From positions 224,001 to 288,000 of the forward strand of contig CAWDGJ010000003.1 in the NCBI GenBank assembly GCA_963801815.1: DNA of 64,000 nt, in the 5' to 3' direction. Positions 1 through 11,029 of the stretch are shown piece by piece. Position 1 is the first letter of the stretch. Every line of letters starts with the position of its first letter. Made by a program: the position numbers and the translations under genes. Below the pieces are notes generated by a model. It did no database searches, had not been told where the DNA came from, and saw only the letters and a program-made list of their open reading frames with translations. The stretch is from an uncultured Verrucomicrobiae bacterium (GTDB taxonomy: Bacteria > Verrucomicrobiota > Verrucomicrobiia > Chthoniobacterales > UBA10450).

Positions 1-83
1 ACGCCGGAAACCATCATAATCAGGTCGCATTCGGCGAGGCGCCGAACGCAGCACGCGATGGCGCGTGCGCTCCCCAGAAATGA
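1..83 (+). CDS. 3' end of an upstream gene (partial, unidentified)
   Basis: Open frame from position 3 ends in TGA at 81-83, overlapping the next ATG (ATGA at 80-83). Confidence 0.3.
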   Translation, partial: AGNHHNQVAFGEAPNAARDGACAPQK

Positions 84-1396
84 AAAAACTCTTTGCCAAA
101 ATCGTTGACGTAAGACCTAACGAGCTTCGCGCGCTCTGGCTGGGGTTCGTTTTCCATTTTCTCATCCTGACCGGCTATTACATTACCAAGCCAATCCGCG
201 ACAGCATTGGCGCGAGCAACATGGAAGCTCTGCCGTGGATGTTCACCGCTACGCTTGTCGGGATGTTGATCGCAAATACGGCCTTCGCCGCAACTGTGGC
301 ACGCATGTCGCGACGGAAATTCATTCCGTTAGCCTACGGGTTTTTCATTTTTGTCTTCGTCCTTTTTTTCATCGCGATGCGAACCCGTCCAGCGGCAGAG
401 CAGGTATGGATTGGTCGCGGTTTCTTTGTTTGGGTGAGCGTTTTCAATTTGTTTAATACCGCCGTCTTCTGGGCGTTCATGACCGACCTGTTTACGGTCG
501 AGCAGGGAAAGCGTCTTTACGGTTTTATCGCTGTCGGAGGGACTCTCGGTGCAATTTTTGGGGCCTACATCACAAAGCACTACGTGGGTGAGATTGGTCC
601 GGCGAATCTTCTCATTATCGCCGCGGCAATGTTCGTCGCTGCTGGCTCTCTGGTTCGTTTCTTTCCCAGCGGTTTCACGGTCGAAGACAGGCCTGCGGCC
701 ATGCCGGAGGCACCAATTGGCGGTTCGGTTTGGTCGGGCATCACCCACATTTGCCGCTCGCCTTATCTGATGGGACTCGCTGCAAGTATTCTCCTTTATA
801 CGACGACTTCGACGTGGGCCTATTTTCAACAGAGCGAACTTGCAGGTGGAGTACTGAAAACGAGCACCACACGCACTGAATTCTTCGGAAACCTCGAGAT
901 CTGGGTTAACAGCATCACCGTCCTGATCCAGATTTTCCTCACTGGTCGTTTGCTCAAGTGGTTCGGAGTTGCGTTTACACTTGTGGCGCTGCCATTCGTG
1001 AGCCTGGTCGGGTTCGCCGCAATGGGCGTTGCGGCCAGTCTGGCTTTGTTGGCCGTCTTTCAAGTTGCTCGTCGCGCTGCAGCTTACGCGTTAATGCGGC
1101 CATCGCGCGAGATTCTCTTCACCGTATTAAGACGCGAAGATAAGTACAAAGTGAAAAGTGTTACCGATACGCTCGGCTATCGTACGGGTGATCAGTTAGG
1201 CGCCTGGTCCTATCACGGTTTGCAAGGGCTTGGTCTGGACCTCAACACGATCAGCTGGATTGCGGTCCCGGTTACGGCCGGTTGGTGCGTATTGAGCATC
1301 TGGCTCGGTCGCAAACAACGCGAGCTGGCTGATGAGCAAGCAAAGCGGGATCGAGCCGCAACGCCTGGCGGTGTTGCCGCGCCGGACCCTGCCTAA
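80..1396 (+). CDS. MFS transporter, NTP/NDP exchange (TLC/AAA, Npt-like) family
   Basis: About 12 hydrophobic helices; GYYITKPIRD, QGKRLYGFIAVGGTLGA and REDKYKVKSVTDT motifs typical of the TLC family. Confidence 0.75.
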   Translation: MKKLFAKIVDVRPNELRALWLGFVFHFLILTGYYITKPIRDSIGASNMEALPWMFTATLVGMLIANTAFAATVARMSRRKFIPLAYGFFIFVFVLFFIAMRTRPAAEQVWIGRGFFVWVSVFNLFNTAVFWAFMTDLFTVEQGKRLYGFIAVGGTLGAIFGAYITKHYVGEIGPANLLIIAAAMFVAAGSLVRFFPSGFTVEDRPAAMPEAPIGGSVWSGITHICRSPYLMGLAASILLYTTTSTWAYFQQSELAGGVLKTSTTRTEFFGNLEIWVNSITVLIQIFLTGRLLKWFGVAFTLVALPFVSLVGFAAMGVAASLALLAVFQVARRAAAYALMRPSREILFTVLRREDKYKVKSVTDTLGYRTGDQLGAWSYHGLQGLGLDLNTISWIAVPVTAGWCVLSIWLGRKQRELADEQAKRDRAATPGGVAAPDPA

Positions 1397-1399
1397 TTT

Positions 1400-1855
1400 T
1401 TACTGTCGGACAAAGTGAATGCCGTGTTCTCCCGCGATCTGCGTGATGCGCGACATATCCGGTCCTCCTGGCTTCGCGAATTCCTCGGCGCAGCGCCCGA
1501 AAAATTTCTCAAACCCTGACGGTGTTGTCATGATCAGAATTCGTGAGGGTTGATCCCCGACATTTTTGAATGTGTGAGTAACACCGCGCGGCATGAATGC
1601 GCTTCCCCCGGGACTAACTTCTCGCCACTCGCCACCTGACAGAAACGCAACGCGTCCTTCAAGCACGTGAAATGTTTCGTCTTCGTTCACATGGTAATGC
1701 GGCGGAGGGCCGCCGCCGGGTGGCACTGTTCCGGTCCACATGGTGAGCGTTCCACCAGTACGTTCGCCATCCAGGTGGATCACGACTTCATCGCCAAATG
1801 CTCGAAGCACGTGTCCTTCGTCTTTCTGAACGATTGCTGCCGATTTTTTGCTCAT
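1400..1855 (-). CDS. Cupin domain protein (quercetin dioxygenase-like)
   Basis: GPPPHYHVNEDETFHVLEG ... PRGVTHTFKN cupin motifs. Confidence 0.85.
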   Translation of the reverse strand: MSKKSAAIVQKDEGHVLRAFGDEVVIHLDGERTGGTLTMWTGTVPPGGGPPPHYHVNEDETFHVLEGRVAFLSGGEWREVSPGGSAFMPRGVTHTFKNVGDQPSRILIMTTPSGFEKFFGRCAEEFAKPGGPDMSRITQIAGEHGIHFVRQ

Positions 1856-1856
1856 G

Positions 1857-3343
1857 CTACTTTGCCAGTTCGTAGAGATATTCGACGAACGACATCACCG
1901 CGCCGTCAAAGCTTTGGACTTTCGGGTTGGCCGATTCGATCACGTAATATTCATCCGGTGCATGCGCGCCGCTGCCGTGACCGAGGCCGAAATGACCGGC
2001 CGCGAGCTTCAAGGGTTCACCGGTGAAAACGTAACCCGGATATGAACCGGCGTTGCGTGGCCAAAACAGGGGATCGATTCCAAATTGCTTGTAAGTCGCC
2101 ACCTGCGCTTTGATCAGCGCCGAATCCTCTGACGTGCTGGTCGGATCATATCCGCCGGTCATGTTCACTTCGATGTCGCCGAAGCCGTGTTTCGCCAGAT
2201 GCGCTTTCAACGCGGCGAGCGCATCCGTTGCTTTCATGTCCGGCACGAGCCGCATGTCGATCTTAGCCACGGCGCGATGTGGCAAAATCGTTTTGCCGCC
2301 GGGGCCAGTGTAACCGCCAACCAGTCCCTCGATATTCACAGTCGGTTGCGATTCGAGCCGTTCGTTCGCCTGCTGCCACGGCAAATCGTTAATCCAATGC
2401 TGCGTGCTGAATTGCTTCTTCGCGCTCGGCTTCGCTCCGCACTTTCGAAACGCTCGCAATCATTTGTTTCTCATCGGCGCTCAACGGCCGCGGCTTGGGA
2501 TAATTGTCAATCGTGATGGTATTTCCATCCGGCGACACCAGCGTGTTTAGCGCGTGAACCAAATGCCAGGCCGGACTGTCGACCATCGCCTTGAGCGACG
2601 AGTGAATATCTTTCGCCGGCCCGCGTCCCCACTTCTCCCCACTCGAGACAAGCTCGAGCTCGATCACGCCTTTCGACCCGAGATTCACCGTCACGACGCC
2701 GTCGAGGTCTTGTGCTGCGGAAGGCATGAATACGCCGACGCATTTCTTCAGCGCATCGAGCGACCTCGGGCGTCGAACGAGTTGAGGAATGTGCGGCGAA
2801 CCGATTTCCTCTTCGCCTTCTGCGACCAACACCAGATTGACCGGCATCTTCTTTCCAGCGCCTTGAATCGCGTGCAGCGCAGCCAGAAACGCAGACTCGG
2901 GCCCTTTCTGATTTACCGCGCCGCGGCCGACGATCACTTTTCCGAGTGGCGGTTTGTCGACCAATCGCGCTTCGGTTGGCGGCGATGTCCATTCCGCCGG
3001 ATCGAACTGCTTCACGTCGTACATGAAATAGAGTGCCGACCGTTTTCGGCGCGCCCGCGTCGAGGGTTGCGAATACGCCGGGTTTACCGTCCGTGGTGAT
3101 CACGTCCGCTTTTTGAAACCCTGCGTCGCGGACGAGTTTCGCCATGTACTCCGCGCCGTCAGGATAACCGCGATTCTCGGCGGCGATCGAAACCTGGGCG
3201 ATCCAATCCTGTAAACGCTTCACCGCCTCGTCATGGCGCTTGGTGATTTCGGCTTTGATGTCGGTGTGATCGTCAGCGGTTGCGTCACAAACGTGTGCTC
3301 CGAAGGCGAGAGCTATCAAGGGAATAAGAAGTTTCGTTCTCAT
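1857..3343 (-). CDS. M20/M25/M40 metallopeptidase (ArgE/DapE-like) with signal peptide; 2 frameshifts
   Basis: Pieces 2507-3343, 2389-3024 and 1857-2459 join into one protein; GRGAVNQKG, EGEEEIGSP and GAHAPDEY motifs. Confidence 0.85.
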
Positions 3344-3349
3344 ATGGTT

Positions 3350-5636
3350 TTAAAGGGCGAGGGTTTCCTGTTTTGGAGCTGAGGCTGTCGCGGTGATTCC
3401 GCTGAATTTTTTCACAAGATCGTCGAGCTTGGCGACGTAGTAATCGATGTTCTCGTCGCGGTTTTGCGGGTCGAAATCGGTGGCGAGCCTGGCCGCTTCG
3501 TAGGCCGGAACCTTTTTTGGCGTGCTCTTAATATAATAGGAATCTGGTCGCCCGGTTTGTAGTCGCGGCCGCTGGCCAGGGCGAGCTCGTAGGCGGCGGC
3601 GCGGTTTCGGGCCGACCGGCGATCTTCTGCCGATATTTCTCGAGCGAATCCTGGAGCGTGTCGGTCTTCATCAGCATGTCGATCGGCCATTCGCGATTGC
3701 GGATCTTTTTCTCGAACTCGTTCCGCAGATCGGCAATCGCTTCCGGCTTTTCCTCCATGAGGAGCTTGATCATTTCCTCGAGGAAAACGCGCTGGAATTT
3801 TTCCAGTCCGCGCGACTTCAGCGCGCCGCCTTTGATGATGACTTCGCCATCCGGGTGAGAAGCGCGTAGTTCTTCGCCTTGTAGCTGAACATGGCTTCGA
3901 ATTGCTCGTCGAATTCGACCTCGATCCCGGGCGGCAGATTCTTGCCAACCCCGCGCGAAGCTGGCTGATTTCTTCTGTGATGGCGGGTCCGAGCCGGACT
4001 GGCACTGTCCCGGCCGCTTGGCTTTTGTCTTCGCAGGCGGGACGGTCCGAGCCGAACTGGCATTTGCCTCCACAGATGCAGGCGGGACGAAATAAATTCC
4101 GTCGGTGTCGACCTCGATGACTTTCGCGCCCTGCTCGTTCAGCCAATCGATCATCTTCTTGAGCAAATCGCGCCCGATCTGGGTGACGCGCGCGGCGGCT
4201 TCGAAATCGGCGAAGTTTCCCTGCGCGAAACCGAGATAGCCGTAGAAGCTGTTGATCAGAATCTTGAACGTGTTTTGCAGCGCGTGGAGATGCCGCTGTT
4301 CGGCCGGATCCTTCGCGGCGCGCATCTTCGCCTTCGCTTCGAGCCGGAAGGTGCGCAGATCGGTCAGCAAATGCCGAAAGATCTGGAGCTGATCGCTCAC
4401 CGGAAAACAATCGAACTGGAGCATGATCGACGGATAAAGCGAGGCGACGTCGCAATGCCAGACGTTGCGCGCGACGCCGGTGAAGAAGATGTCGGTGTAG
4501 CCGCCCTCGAAACGCTGCGCGCCATCGGCATTTCGGGAATGACTGTGCGTCTGCCGGAAATATTCGCGCAGAAAGAGCGCGTTGATCCGGGTGGCGTTGC
4601 CGCGCACGATCACGTCCTGGTAGTTGTAGGGAAAAATCTGCGCCTGGATGAAGTAACTCGGGCTCAGCAGATCGGACACGGCGCGCGTTTCGCGCACCGC
4701 GCAGAGCGCGCGTTTCCGGAAACGCTCGGCGTCCTCCAGGTAGGCGCGCTGCAGTTCCTTGCCGGCCAGCCCTGAGATTTCGTCGCTCTCGCAAAAGCCA
4801 AAATGCTGCGCGACATCGATCCGTTCGAAGCCGGACAGGGTGCGCATTCCGACATCGTAAAATTGCGCGAGCAGAAAAGTGTCGACGAAATGCCGGCCAT
4901 CGACCGTGAACTTCGGGTAATCGATCGTCTTCTCCGCGATCTGGAGCCGTGACGGACGCGAACGGAGAAATCCGCCGCTCCGTCCCCAATCGAGTTTCGT
5001 TTTCGCTTCTTCGCGCGCGCGACGAGATAGGGCAGATCGAACGCGAAACAGATTGTGACCTTCGATCACATCCGGATCGCGTTCCTTGATCAGCGCGGTC
5101 AGGCGCTTGATCGCTGCGCGCTCCGATTCCTCAGCCTTCTTCGGATCGACCACGATCAATTCTTCCCAGCCGGTGTTGTCGGAAACCGCGATGCTCATGA
5201 TGTGACTCGGCGTCGCCTTCGCCGACGAACGAGAGCACTTCGATCTGCATCCGTTTCAGTTCTTCAAACGGCAGATCCTTGAACAGCGTGCGCCCGGTGT
5301 GCGGTGAGGTAATGCTGCACCGGATCGCTCAAGGCGAAGAAATCGCGGCCCGCATTCTTCAAGCCGTTGCGAAGCGCGATCAGTTCCTTCCAACTGTCGA
5401 CCGTGACCAGCCAGCTGAATTTCAGATCGCCCGCCAGCTTCTCGGCTTCGATGCCGAGATCGGCCACGTCGCGAGTCGGCCCAGACGAACGGATGAAACG
5501 GCTCGACGTCCGTGGCCGTCGATCCATTCTTCTCCCGCCGATAAACCTTGACCGTGCCGGTTTCGCCCAGCTCGATCGCGACGATCCGCGGCGTCGGATC
5601 GGCGCCGAAGAGGATCGTGTTCTTCTCGAATTCCAT
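3350..5636 (-). CDS. polB: Family B DNA polymerase (PolB/Pol II-like); several frameshifts
   Basis: Motif A DVASLYPS, motif B KILINSFYG, motif C DTDG, exonuclease-fold GHNLFR; starts MEFEKNTILFG, ends KQETLAL-TAA at 3350. Confidence 0.9.
3986..4062. repeat. Two direct copies of a 19-nt mini-palindrome GGTCCGAGCCG(G/A)ACTGGCA inside polB
   Basis: Copies at 3986-4004 and 4044-4062; a third copy lies at 11989-12007 on the minus strand. Confidence 0.85.
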
Positions 5637-5652
5637 GGGTCATCCAACGTAA

Positions 5653-5714
5653 ATGGAGGGACGCGCTCCGTCGCGTCCGAAAAATTTGCGACGACACAGA
5701 GGTCGTCCCTCCAT
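5653..5714. repeat. REPIN-like palindromic element
   Basis: 11-bp terminal inverted repeat ATGGAGGGACG...CGTCCCTCCAT with two internal hairpins. Confidence 0.75.
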
Positions 5715-5725
5715 ATAAATGAGAC

Positions 5726-7079
5726 ATGAAGATCCGTTCGATGTCAGTTTTGGTCCTGCTCATCGCGGTTTCGCGTTTTGCTTTTGCTCAGGGCCCGGAT
5801 GTGGAGAAAGCGGCGGAGAGCGAGCTGCCGTCGTTGCTCTCGATTTACAAGGACATTCATGCTCATCCCGAGTTGTCCGACACGAGGAGAACACACTGCG
5901 GCGTTGGTGGCGAAGGAATTGAACGCGGCCGGCTGCGAAGTGACCGATCACTTCGGCAAATACGACAATCCCAAGCTGAAAGGCTACGGCGTCGTCGGCG
6001 TGATGAAGAATGGCGACGGCCCGACCGTGCTCGTGCGCACCGACATGGATGCGTTGCCGGTCGAGGAGGAAACCGGCCTGCCTTACGCGAGCAAGGTCAC
6101 GACGAAGAACGACAAGGGCCACGAAGTCCACGTCATGCACGCCTGCGGTCACGACGTCCACATGGCCACTTTCATCGGCGTGGCGCGCGCGCTGCGCGAG
6201 CTGAAAGACCAATGGCACGGCACGATCGTCTTCGTCGGCGCAACCGGCCGAAGAAGCGGTCGGCGGCGCGCGCGCCATGCTGAACGACGGACTTTACACT
6301 CGTTTCGGCAAACCGGATTTCGCGCTCGGCTTTCACGACAACGCGGAGCTGCAGACCGGCCACATCGGCGTGACGCCCGGCTACACCTACGCCAATGTCG
6401 ATTCGGTCGACGTGACCGTGCACGGCGTCGGCGGCCACGGCGCCTATCCGCACAAGACGAAGGATCCGATCGTGCTCTCGGCGGAAATCATCAACGCGTG
6501 GCAGACGATCGCCAGCCGCGAAAACAATCCGCTCGATCCGGTCGTGGTGACGGTCGGCTCGATTCACGGCGGGACCAAGCACAACATCATTCCGGACGAA
6601 GTGAAGATGCAGCTCACCGTGCGCACTTACAAGAACGAGGTGCGCGACCACGTGCTCGCCGCGATCGACGAGATCGCCAAAGGGTTGCGCAGCGCGGGCG
6701 GCAGTCCCGACGGACAAGCTGCCGATCGTGAGGTGCTCAAAGGATGAGTTCACGCCCGCGACCTACAACAATCCGGAGCTGACCAATCGGCTGGTCGCGG
6801 TCTGGAAGAAATCGTTAGGCGACGAAAACGTCGAGATTGTCGATCCCGACGATGGGCGGCGAGGATTTTTCCGAATACAGTCTGCCGGATCATTCGATTC
6901 CGGCGGTCGATTTTCACATCGGCGCGGTCGATCCGGAAAAAATCGCGCGAGTGCAAGAAGGAGGGGCAACGCCGTTGCCGAGTTTGCATTCGAGCAAGTT
7001 TGCGCCGGTGCCGGAGCCGACGATTCGCACCGGCATCGTCGCGATGACCAGCGCGGTGCTCGATTTGATGAAGAAGTAA
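5726..7079 (+). CDS. M20D amidohydrolase (hippurate hydrolase-like) with signal peptide; frameshifted
   Basis: [38 protein letters not shown] and LHSSKF motifs across frames. Confidence 0.9.
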
Positions 7080-7164
7080 GCGCGCTAGCTCCGCTCGCTC
7101 AGGGCAGGCTCAAGTTGCGGCTTCGTCGCAATTAACTGGATGCAACGTCACGTTGCCGCTCGGG

Positions 7165-7187
7165 ATGACATCGCAAAGCGATGTCAT
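7165..7187. terminator. Hairpin between convergent amidohydrolase and ftsZ
   Basis: Perfect 10-bp stem ATGACATCGC-AAA-GCGATGTCAT; smaller hairpins at 7115-7131 and 7142-7156. Confidence 0.5.
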
Positions 7188-8619
7188 TTCACCCGCACGT
7201 TCTTGCGCAGAAACGTCGGCACGTCGAGGTCCTGGCCTTCGACGATTGTCGGTTCGCTTTTTTCGAAACGCCCGCGCGTGACCGGCTCGAACTGCATCAC
7301 TTCCTGTTCGCGTGAACGTATTTTTCTTTCGGCGGCTTCGCTTTCTTGTTCGATCGACCGGCTTTTTCTTCGGCGGAATCAAACGCGGCGCCGGTTTCTT
7401 AATCGGACGGTGGCATTGGCGCGGGCTGCGGTGTCGCCTCGGCGATGCAACCGGCTCGCGGCTGTTCGACTGGAGTCAGTTCATTCGGGAGCCGACTTCC
7501 GGCAATGCGGTCGATTTCCGGTTCGGGCTCAATCACTGCCTCGGCGTGGCGTGGCCGGCGGTTCTTCGATTCGTTCAGAGCTGCAGGCGGTGGCGCGAGA
7601 AACGCGCTCGGGTCTTGGCGCGGGCTCTTGCGCCGGAATCTTCCGCCGCGAAGCGAGCTGATCATCGTCACGCTCAAACGATTTCCCATTTTTCCGTCGA
7701 CCGCGGTGCCGAAAAGAATCTGGGTGTGATCGCGACATGCCGGCCGAGTTCCTGCATCAGGATTTCGACTTCGGACAGCGTCATGCCGGGCCGCCGGCGA
7801 CCTGCACCAGAACATGCGCCGCTTCGCTCAGCATTCGGCCCTCGATCCATGAGCGGATTCTTCAAGCGCCTGCGTGAGCGCGTCGTGCGCGCGATTGTCG
7901 GAATCGGATTCACCGAAACCAAACAGGCAGCGGCCGTTTTGGCTGCGCAGCGCGGCGAGCAAATCGTCGAAGCCGATCCGGATCAGTCCGGGCCGCTGAA
8001 TCAGATTCACGATCGAGCGCACGCTCTGACTGATCGTGATGTCGGCGACGCGCGAAGGCCTGATGAATTCCCGCTTTCGGCGCAACCATGTCGCCCATCC
8101 GATCGTTCTCGAAACAAATCACCGCATTCGCGACTTCGTTCAATCGGGCGAGCGCTTCCTGCGCCTGCGCCGCGCGGCGTTTTCCTTCGAAGGAAAAGGG
8201 CAGCGTCGCAAAAGCGATCACGAGCGAACCGGCTTCGCGCGCCAGTTGCGCCACGACCGGCGCCGCGCCCGAGCCGGTGCCGCCGCCGAGGCCGGCGCAA
8301 ACAAAAATCATCCGCGCACCGGCAATCGCCTGCGCGAATTTCGTCGGCCGATTCCTGCGGCCTGGTAGCCCAGCTCGGGATCGCCGCCGGCGCCGAGACC
8401 GCGCGTGACTGGTCCGGCCGAGTTGCACCTTGTGCGCCGCGACCGAACTGGCGAGCGATTGCACGTCGGTGTTGATCGCGATCAGATCGTCTTGTCCATG
8501 CCGTCGAGCACGATGCGATCGAGCGCATTCGAGCCGGCGCCGCCGACGCCGACGACTTTGATGGGAATTGCTTCCTCCTGCCGTTCGGGCAGACTGTAGT
8601 TGTGGCTGAGTTGGATCAT
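7184..8619 (-). CDS. ftsZ: Cell division protein FtsZ; frameshifted
   Basis: IKVVGVGGAGSN, GLGGGTGSGAAP, PFSFEGKRR and C-terminal DLDVPTFLRK; last gene of the dcw cluster. Confidence 0.95.
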
Positions 8620-8644
8620 GTTATCGCCTGTTCTCGCGGGTTGC

Positions 8645-8692
8645 TAATTTGAGATTTGTTTCGGATTTCGGCATTCGGATTTTGAATTTGCA
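8645..8692. repeat. Degenerate 7-nt periodic array (GATTTCG-like)
   Basis: gagatttgtttcggatttcggcattcggattttgaatttg between ftsA and ftsZ. Confidence 0.6.
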
Positions 8693-8698
8693 AATGAG

Positions 8699-9908
8699 TC
8701 ATCGCATTCCGCTGAAAAATCGTCCGAAAATTCGGCCGATGCCGCGCGCGGCGGCCGATCGATCTGCACCGCCTGCGCGTACTTGATCAGGCCGATCGCG
8801 GTCGAAAATTGCGGATTTTCAAACGCCGACGTCAGCCCGGACATCGTTTGCGCATGAGCGACGTGCGCCGGCATTTCGAAGATCTCCTCGGCCAGATGAT
8901 CGATTCCGTTGAGCATGGCTGCATCCGCCGGTGATGAAAATTCCCTCGCCGAGGTAGTTGATGAACGGTTCTTCCTCGAGGCTGCGCTTGAGCAGTTCGA
9001 ACGTCTCGCGCAGCCGCAGGTGAATGATCGTGTTGAGCGTTTCGCGCTCGATTTCTTTCCCGGCAAAACCGGAATCGTCCTTCAGCAGGATCGTTTCGCC
9101 CGGCAGACAATTGCCGAGAACACGCTGCCTTCCTCGATCTTCAGTTTCTCCGCGCGCGTCATCGGGATGCGCAGGCCCATCGAGATGTCGTTCGTGATGT
9201 GATCGCCGCCGACCGCGAGCACGCCGCTTTGTTTCACCGCGCCATCGACGTAGAGAATGTAATCGGTCGTGCCGCCGCCGATGTCGATGACGAGCGCGCC
9301 GAGATTCTTTTGATGCTGGGTCAGCACGACCTGGGCGGAAGCGAGCGCGCTGAAGACGACGTCCTCGACTTCGAGCGGCAACTCTTTCACGCAACGGATC
9401 GTGTTCTGGATCCGGGTCCGCACGCCGTGGATGATGTGGAAATCGGCTTCCAGTTTCTGGCCGAGCATGCCGACCGGATTGAGCACGCCGTCCTGTCCGT
9501 CGACGTGATAATGCTGGATGATCGAATGCAGAAACGCGTTCTGCGCCGGAATGCTCACTTCGCGCGCGTTGATCTTCACGTCCTCGATGTCCTGCTCGTC
9601 GATCTCGTCGCGATCTTCCGGCAGCATGACGCAGCCGCGATTGTTGAAACTCTGAATGTGCGCGCCGGCGACGCCGACGTAGACGCTGCGAATCATGACG
9701 TCGCTTTTCTGCTCGGCATCGACGACCGCTTCGTGCACGCATTTCATCGCCGTTTCGAAATCGACAATCTCGCCTTTGCGCACGCCGCGCGACGGCGCCT
9801 GGCCGACGCCGAGAATCTTGATCGTGCCGTCGGGCGGCCTTCGCCGACGACGACGCAAATCTTCGATGTGCCGATTTCGAGACCGACCATCAAATCGCTG
9901 CTAGCCAT
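8699..9908 (-). CDS. ftsA: Cell division protein FtsA; frameshifted
   Basis: GLEIGTSKI, VIDIGGGTTD, GGDHITNDI, AEKLK and TAIGL motifs. Confidence 0.95.
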
Positions 9909-9910
9909 TG

Positions 9911-11029
9911 TCATTTAGTTCTTTTTAAAGGTTGAAGTGGAAGAATGCGCTTTGGCCGGGTCGGAGTGGGGGTTGCGCCCGGACAAGAATCTGCTGCCGA
10001 AGGCGTCTGTGGCTTGCGGATGAGCTTCGGGGTTGCCGGTTTTGGCTTGGCCGTCAGCCGGAATCGCTTTCATCACTCGCGGGTCGATTCGTCCGGCTCG
10101 ATCGTTTCGTTGATCACTTCCGACCGCGCGCTTTCGCGAACGTGACCGGAATATTGCGCTGCACGAGCAGGTTCACCGTCTCGATTTCGCGGTGTCGAGT
10201 CGTCGGAGTAAACGAGGAACTGCTCGAGGCGCTGCAATTGGGTGTCGAGATGATCGAATCCGAAGCGTGACCCGGGTGTGATTCTTGTCCGTCACGAGCA
10301 GGCAATAGCCTTTCGAAACATCGATCTCGCGAATCTGAAAACGCGTTTGCATGAAGCTGCGCGTGCTCAGGCGCAGCAAGCTCGAGCGCCGCTTTCGCTT
10401 CGAACGATTCGACGGTCTTTCCCGCCTCGAGCGATTCGCTCGAGCAGCCCGAAATCAAGCGGCAGTCCCAGATATTCCGGCAGCAATTTCTTTTCTTTCA
10501 TCAGGACCCCGCGCGCGTCCACCAGAAAAGCGGCATCGGAGGCAAACGGATCGGCGATTTCTTTTTCGCTCGTGATCCAGGCGATCGGTTTTCGTTCGAC
10601 GATGCGGATGTCGATTTCGTCCGGCATTTTCCGCACGACCTGCACTTCATCCACCTGCGGCAAATGCTGCAACCGATCGTGCACGCGCGCGAGATTAACG
10701 CGGAAAATGTTTTCGCCTTCGCGCAGGTCGGCGATGTTCAGGATTTGCTCGCGCTGCAACGTTCCGTCGGTCTGCATTTCGATTTTGCTCAACTGGTAAT
10801 CCGGGTTGTCGAAGAAGAACCGCTTGGTCGCGAAACGCGCCGCCGACATAAATTCCGCCGACCAAAGCGATCGCGAGCGCGAATTTCGAAAAGACGACGA
10901 GCACACGGCGGTTGCGATGCGCGACGCCTTGCGCGAGCGCACTTTGACGTCGAGCAGATGTTGCTGTCGCCGCTGGCGGAAATTGGAAAGCCGCCGATTA
11001 CGCGCGCGGGGTCGCTGCTGTCGCCTCAT
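9911..11029 (-). CDS. ftsQ: FtsQ/DivIB POTRA-domain protein; frameshifted, 3' end approximate
   Basis: Basic N-terminus, one TM helix, GENIFRVNL...PQVDEVQVVRKMPDEIDIRIVERKPIAW; lies between ddl and ftsA. Confidence 0.85.
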
